NCBI GenBank assembly: GCA_965207075.1 | Contig: CBDBLO010000002.1 | Span: forward strand, 640,001-704,000 | Length of the DNA stretch: 64,000 nucleotides | Source: Nitrosopumilus sp. | Lineage (GTDB): Archaea > Thermoproteota > Nitrososphaeria > Nitrososphaerales > Nitrosopumilaceae | Direction of reading: 5' to 3' | Shown here: in pieces, positions 61,561 through 64,000 of the stretch | Layout: every line of letters starts with the position of its first letter | Position numbering within the stretch: the stretch's first letter is position 1 | Made by a program: the position numbers and the translations under genes | The notes under the pieces: generated by a model | The model's database searches: none | What the model was told of the DNA's origin: nothing | What the model saw: only the letters and a program-made list of their open reading frames with translations

Positions 61561-63309
61561 TTGGTACAGTATACGTACAGTTTGGGCACGACTGCCCGCA
61601 TCCCGCTCACGCTCGTTGTCATCGTGGGGGGCGTCTGCGCTGCGCTCGCGCTGGTGCCGGCGGCCGCGCCCGCGGACGCGGCCGGCGCTGACGACTTTGT
61701 CACGGTGTGGAGGGCCACGGCATCCGACAAGGCTATAACGATACCGGTGGGCGGCTCCACCGACTCCTACGACGTGGACTGGGGCGACGGCAGCACCAAC
61801 TCCAGCGTGACGGGCGACATATCACACACGTACGACATGGCGGGCGACTACACAGTCCGGATCTCCGGCGACTTTACGCGTATAAAGCTGGCCGGCGACG
61901 CGGCAAACGCCGCGCAGCTGTACAGCATAGAGCAGTGGGGCGACATACGGTGGTCTTCCATGGAGGGGGCGTTCCTGAACGCCTCCAGCGTAAAGTACAA
62001 CGCGACGGACTCGCCAGACCTCTCCGGCGTGACCGACATGAGCCGCATGTTCTATGGCGCCGACAACTTCAACGGCGACCTCTCCGGGTGGAAGACGTCC
62101 GGCGTGACCGACATGAGCGGCATGTTCGCCGGCGCCGTGCTGTTCAACAGCGACCTCTCCGGGTGGGACACCTCCGGCGTCACCAACATGAGCGGCATGT
62201 TCCATAGCGCCTTCTCCTTCAACAGCGACCTCTCCGGGTGGAAGACGTCCGGCGTGACCGACATGAGCGGCATGTTCTACCACGCCTTCTCCTTCAACGG
62301 CGACCTCTCCGGGTGGAAGACGTCCGGCGTGACCGACATGAGCCACATGTTCTGGAGCGCCCGCGTCTTCAACGGCGACATCTCCGGGTGGGACACCTCC
62401 GGCGTGACCGACATGAGCGGCATGTTCGGCGACACCCGCGTCTTCAACGGAGACATCTCCGGGTGGGACGTCTCAAAGGTGACGGACATGACCAACATGT
62501 TCCATCAAGCCTCTGCCTTTTCGCAGAACCTGGGGCCCTGGTATATCACCCTCAACGACACGAGCGTGGGCGGGGACGGCTCCTACGCTGCGGCGATCAC
62601 GGCCCAGAACGCCGAGCTAAGGGAGCACGACCCGACGTACGGGCTAGCCGGCGCCGACGCATACCCGGACAACGCGAACTTTACAATATCCGGCGGCGTC
62701 CTGTCGCTGAACGAGGGCGCCCCTGCAAGGGACTCGTACACCGTGGGCGTCACCGCGACCGGATCATCCCTGTTCGGACAGGACAACGCGCGGGCCATTG
62801 AGATTGCCGGCCAGTCGAGCTCGCAGAACACGCCGCAGAACACGCCGCAGAACACGCCGCAGAACACGCCGCAGAACACGCCGCAGAACACGCCGCAGAA
62901 CACGCCGCAGAACACGCCGCAGAACACGCCGCCACCCCCGACGCCCAACTCCACGCCAGTGGCCGACGCGGGCGTCAACCAGACCGTAAACGAGGGCGCC
63001 ATCGTACAACTTAACGGCTCCCGCTCCTCCGATCCCGACGGCTCCGTCGTATCGTACGTTTGGACGGCCCCCGCGGACATAACCCTCGACAACGACACCG
63101 CTGCGGACACCTCCTTCACCGCGCCCGCAGTGACGTCGGACACCGACTACGCGTTCACGCTTACGGTCATGGACGACGACGGCGCCACGGCCACCACCGA
63201 GGTCTCCGTAACCGTCCGGGGCAGTGCACCACCGCCACCGCCGGACGTCTCCACCCAGGCTGCGACCACCCAGAAACCGTCGTCTGCCACCCCGAAGGTC
63301 TGCAGGTAG
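61561..63309 (+). CDS. surface protein with BspA/DUF285 repeats and a PKD-like domain
   Basis: Signal peptide, DFVTVW, VDWGDG, 25-aa repeats FNGDLSGWKTSGVTDMSGMF, PVADAG...GSRSSDPDG. Confidence 0.9.
   Translation: MVQYTYSLGTTARIPLTLVVIVGGVCAALALVPAAAPADAAGADDFVTVWRATASDKAITIPVGGSTDSYDVDWGDGSTNSSVTGDISHTYDMAGDYTVRISGDFTRIKLAGDAANAAQLYSIEQWGDIRWSSMEGAFLNASSVKYNATDSPDLSGVTDMSRMFYGADNFNGDLSGWKTSGVTDMSGMFAGAVLFNSDLSGWDTSGVTNMSGMFHSAFSFNSDLSGWKTSGVTDMSGMFYHAFSFNGDLSGWKTSGVTDMSHMFWSARVFNGDISGWDTSGVTDMSGMFGDTRVFNGDISGWDVSKVTDMTNMFHQASAFSQNLGPWYITLNDTSVGGDGSYAAAITAQNAELREHDPTYGLAGADAYPDNANFTISGGVLSLNEGAPARDSYTVGVTATGSSLFGQDNARAIEIAGQSSSQNTPQNTPQNTPQNTPQNTPQNTPQNTPQNTPQNTPPPPTPNSTPVADAGVNQTVNEGAIVQLNGSRSSDPDGSVVSYVWTAPADITLDNDTAADTSFTAPAVTSDTDYAFTLTVMDDDGATATTEVSVTVRGSAPPPPPDVSTQAATTQKPSSATPKVCR
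62017..62520 (+). repeat. 75-bp coding tandem repeats (DUF285), ~6-7 copies
   Basis: ctccggcgtgaccgacatgagc... recurring every 75 bp. Confidence 0.9.
62824..62931 (+). repeat. 9 x 12-bp perfect repeat encoding a QNTP linker
   Basis: (cagaacacgccg)9. Confidence 0.95.
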
Positions 63310-64000
63310 GCAGCGGCAGCAGAGGCCTCCGGCCTTGGCACCGTTCTCCCCCCCCACGTGCCGGGCCCGTGCATCTGACTTCTCAATCCATCCTTTGCAG
63401 GGTCCGAATCGGAAAGTGTAACTCGAACCCAGCCCTCGAGGCTAAATCTCACTCTTCCTTGAACCTGTGCGTTGGCAGGCATGCGTCGGACGGCAGAGTT
63501 CGGATCAGAAACCGGCCCGCGGAAGATGGGCATGGGTCCGATAAGATGTGAAGACTTTTGCCTGCTATTTCAGGCCAAAAAGACGTGGATCGTGTCTTGC
63601 AGGAGACTCATTCTGGGAACGCGTGCAACGCCGCACCTGATGCAGTCACCCATGGCGTGATGGCGGCCGGACAATAAAAGTTGCTCCAGGGCCGGCCTGC
63701 TTTCTAACAACTCTGCTGCACGAACGGTGACCTCGGTTCGCCGCACGTGTACTTTTACGCCCCACACGGAATACGTATGAGGCGGCCGCGGCCCTAACAT
63801 TCCCGGCAGTACTGATGCGCGCAAAGATTGCAGTCGCACGAGCTGTGCTTCTTCATGACATGACTGCTGCCCTAATAATAAAAGGCTCGGGTTTTAGCCT
63901 GTCTGACTCGGCATGATGGCCCGATTCACCCACAACATTCTATGGACTGGAGATTCGAGTCAGGCTGATTGTTTTGCTTGCCTCGTTAAACATTATTTCG

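Noticed and set aside
62017-62931. Regular repeats as a CRISPR array
   Set aside because: They are in-frame coding repeats (DUF285, QNTP) with no unique spacers and no cas genes nearby.
63310-64000. Possible TnpB tail, omega-RNA or other ncRNA remnant
   Set aside because: No motif, end sequence or structure I could verify.

Overview
A GC-rich ammonia-oxidising archaeal (Nitrosopumilaceae-like) chromosome segment. The lineage call is an inference from the gene set and order (Sua5-THUMP-ThiS/Cgi121, histone, blue copper protein, RtcB, AglB). A Cenarchaeum-like sponge symbiont is plausible because of the DUF285 surface protein and many low-complexity insertions. Core genes include rps17e, rps11, tatD, PMM/PGM, thiL, rtcB, purB, queD-like, valS, pdxST and aconitase, plus tRNA-Cys, tRNA-Thr and a two-intron tRNA-Trp. 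A surface-glycosylation cluster spans 39.6-55.8 kb. AT-richer accessory islets contain a solo tnpB, two apparently identical IS630 copies, an IS110, decayed TA modules, a virus-like Cys-rich operon and a DprA+PRTase (ShosTA-like) pair. Three observations stand out. (1) An IS110 sits inside the terminal inverted repeat of an IS6-type passenger transposon, and its non-coding end contains sequences matching both strands of that TIR, i.e. a readable bridge/seekRNA aimed at another transposon's end. (2) An uncharacterised convergent pair of ~57-61 aa 'YDY' helical-hairpin proteins occurs twice, once as cargo of an IS6-type element with TSDs. (3) IS6-type ends repeatedly bound cargo genes, including a sulfotransferase and possibly glycosyltransferases. 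All alignments were done by eye; no database searches were run.
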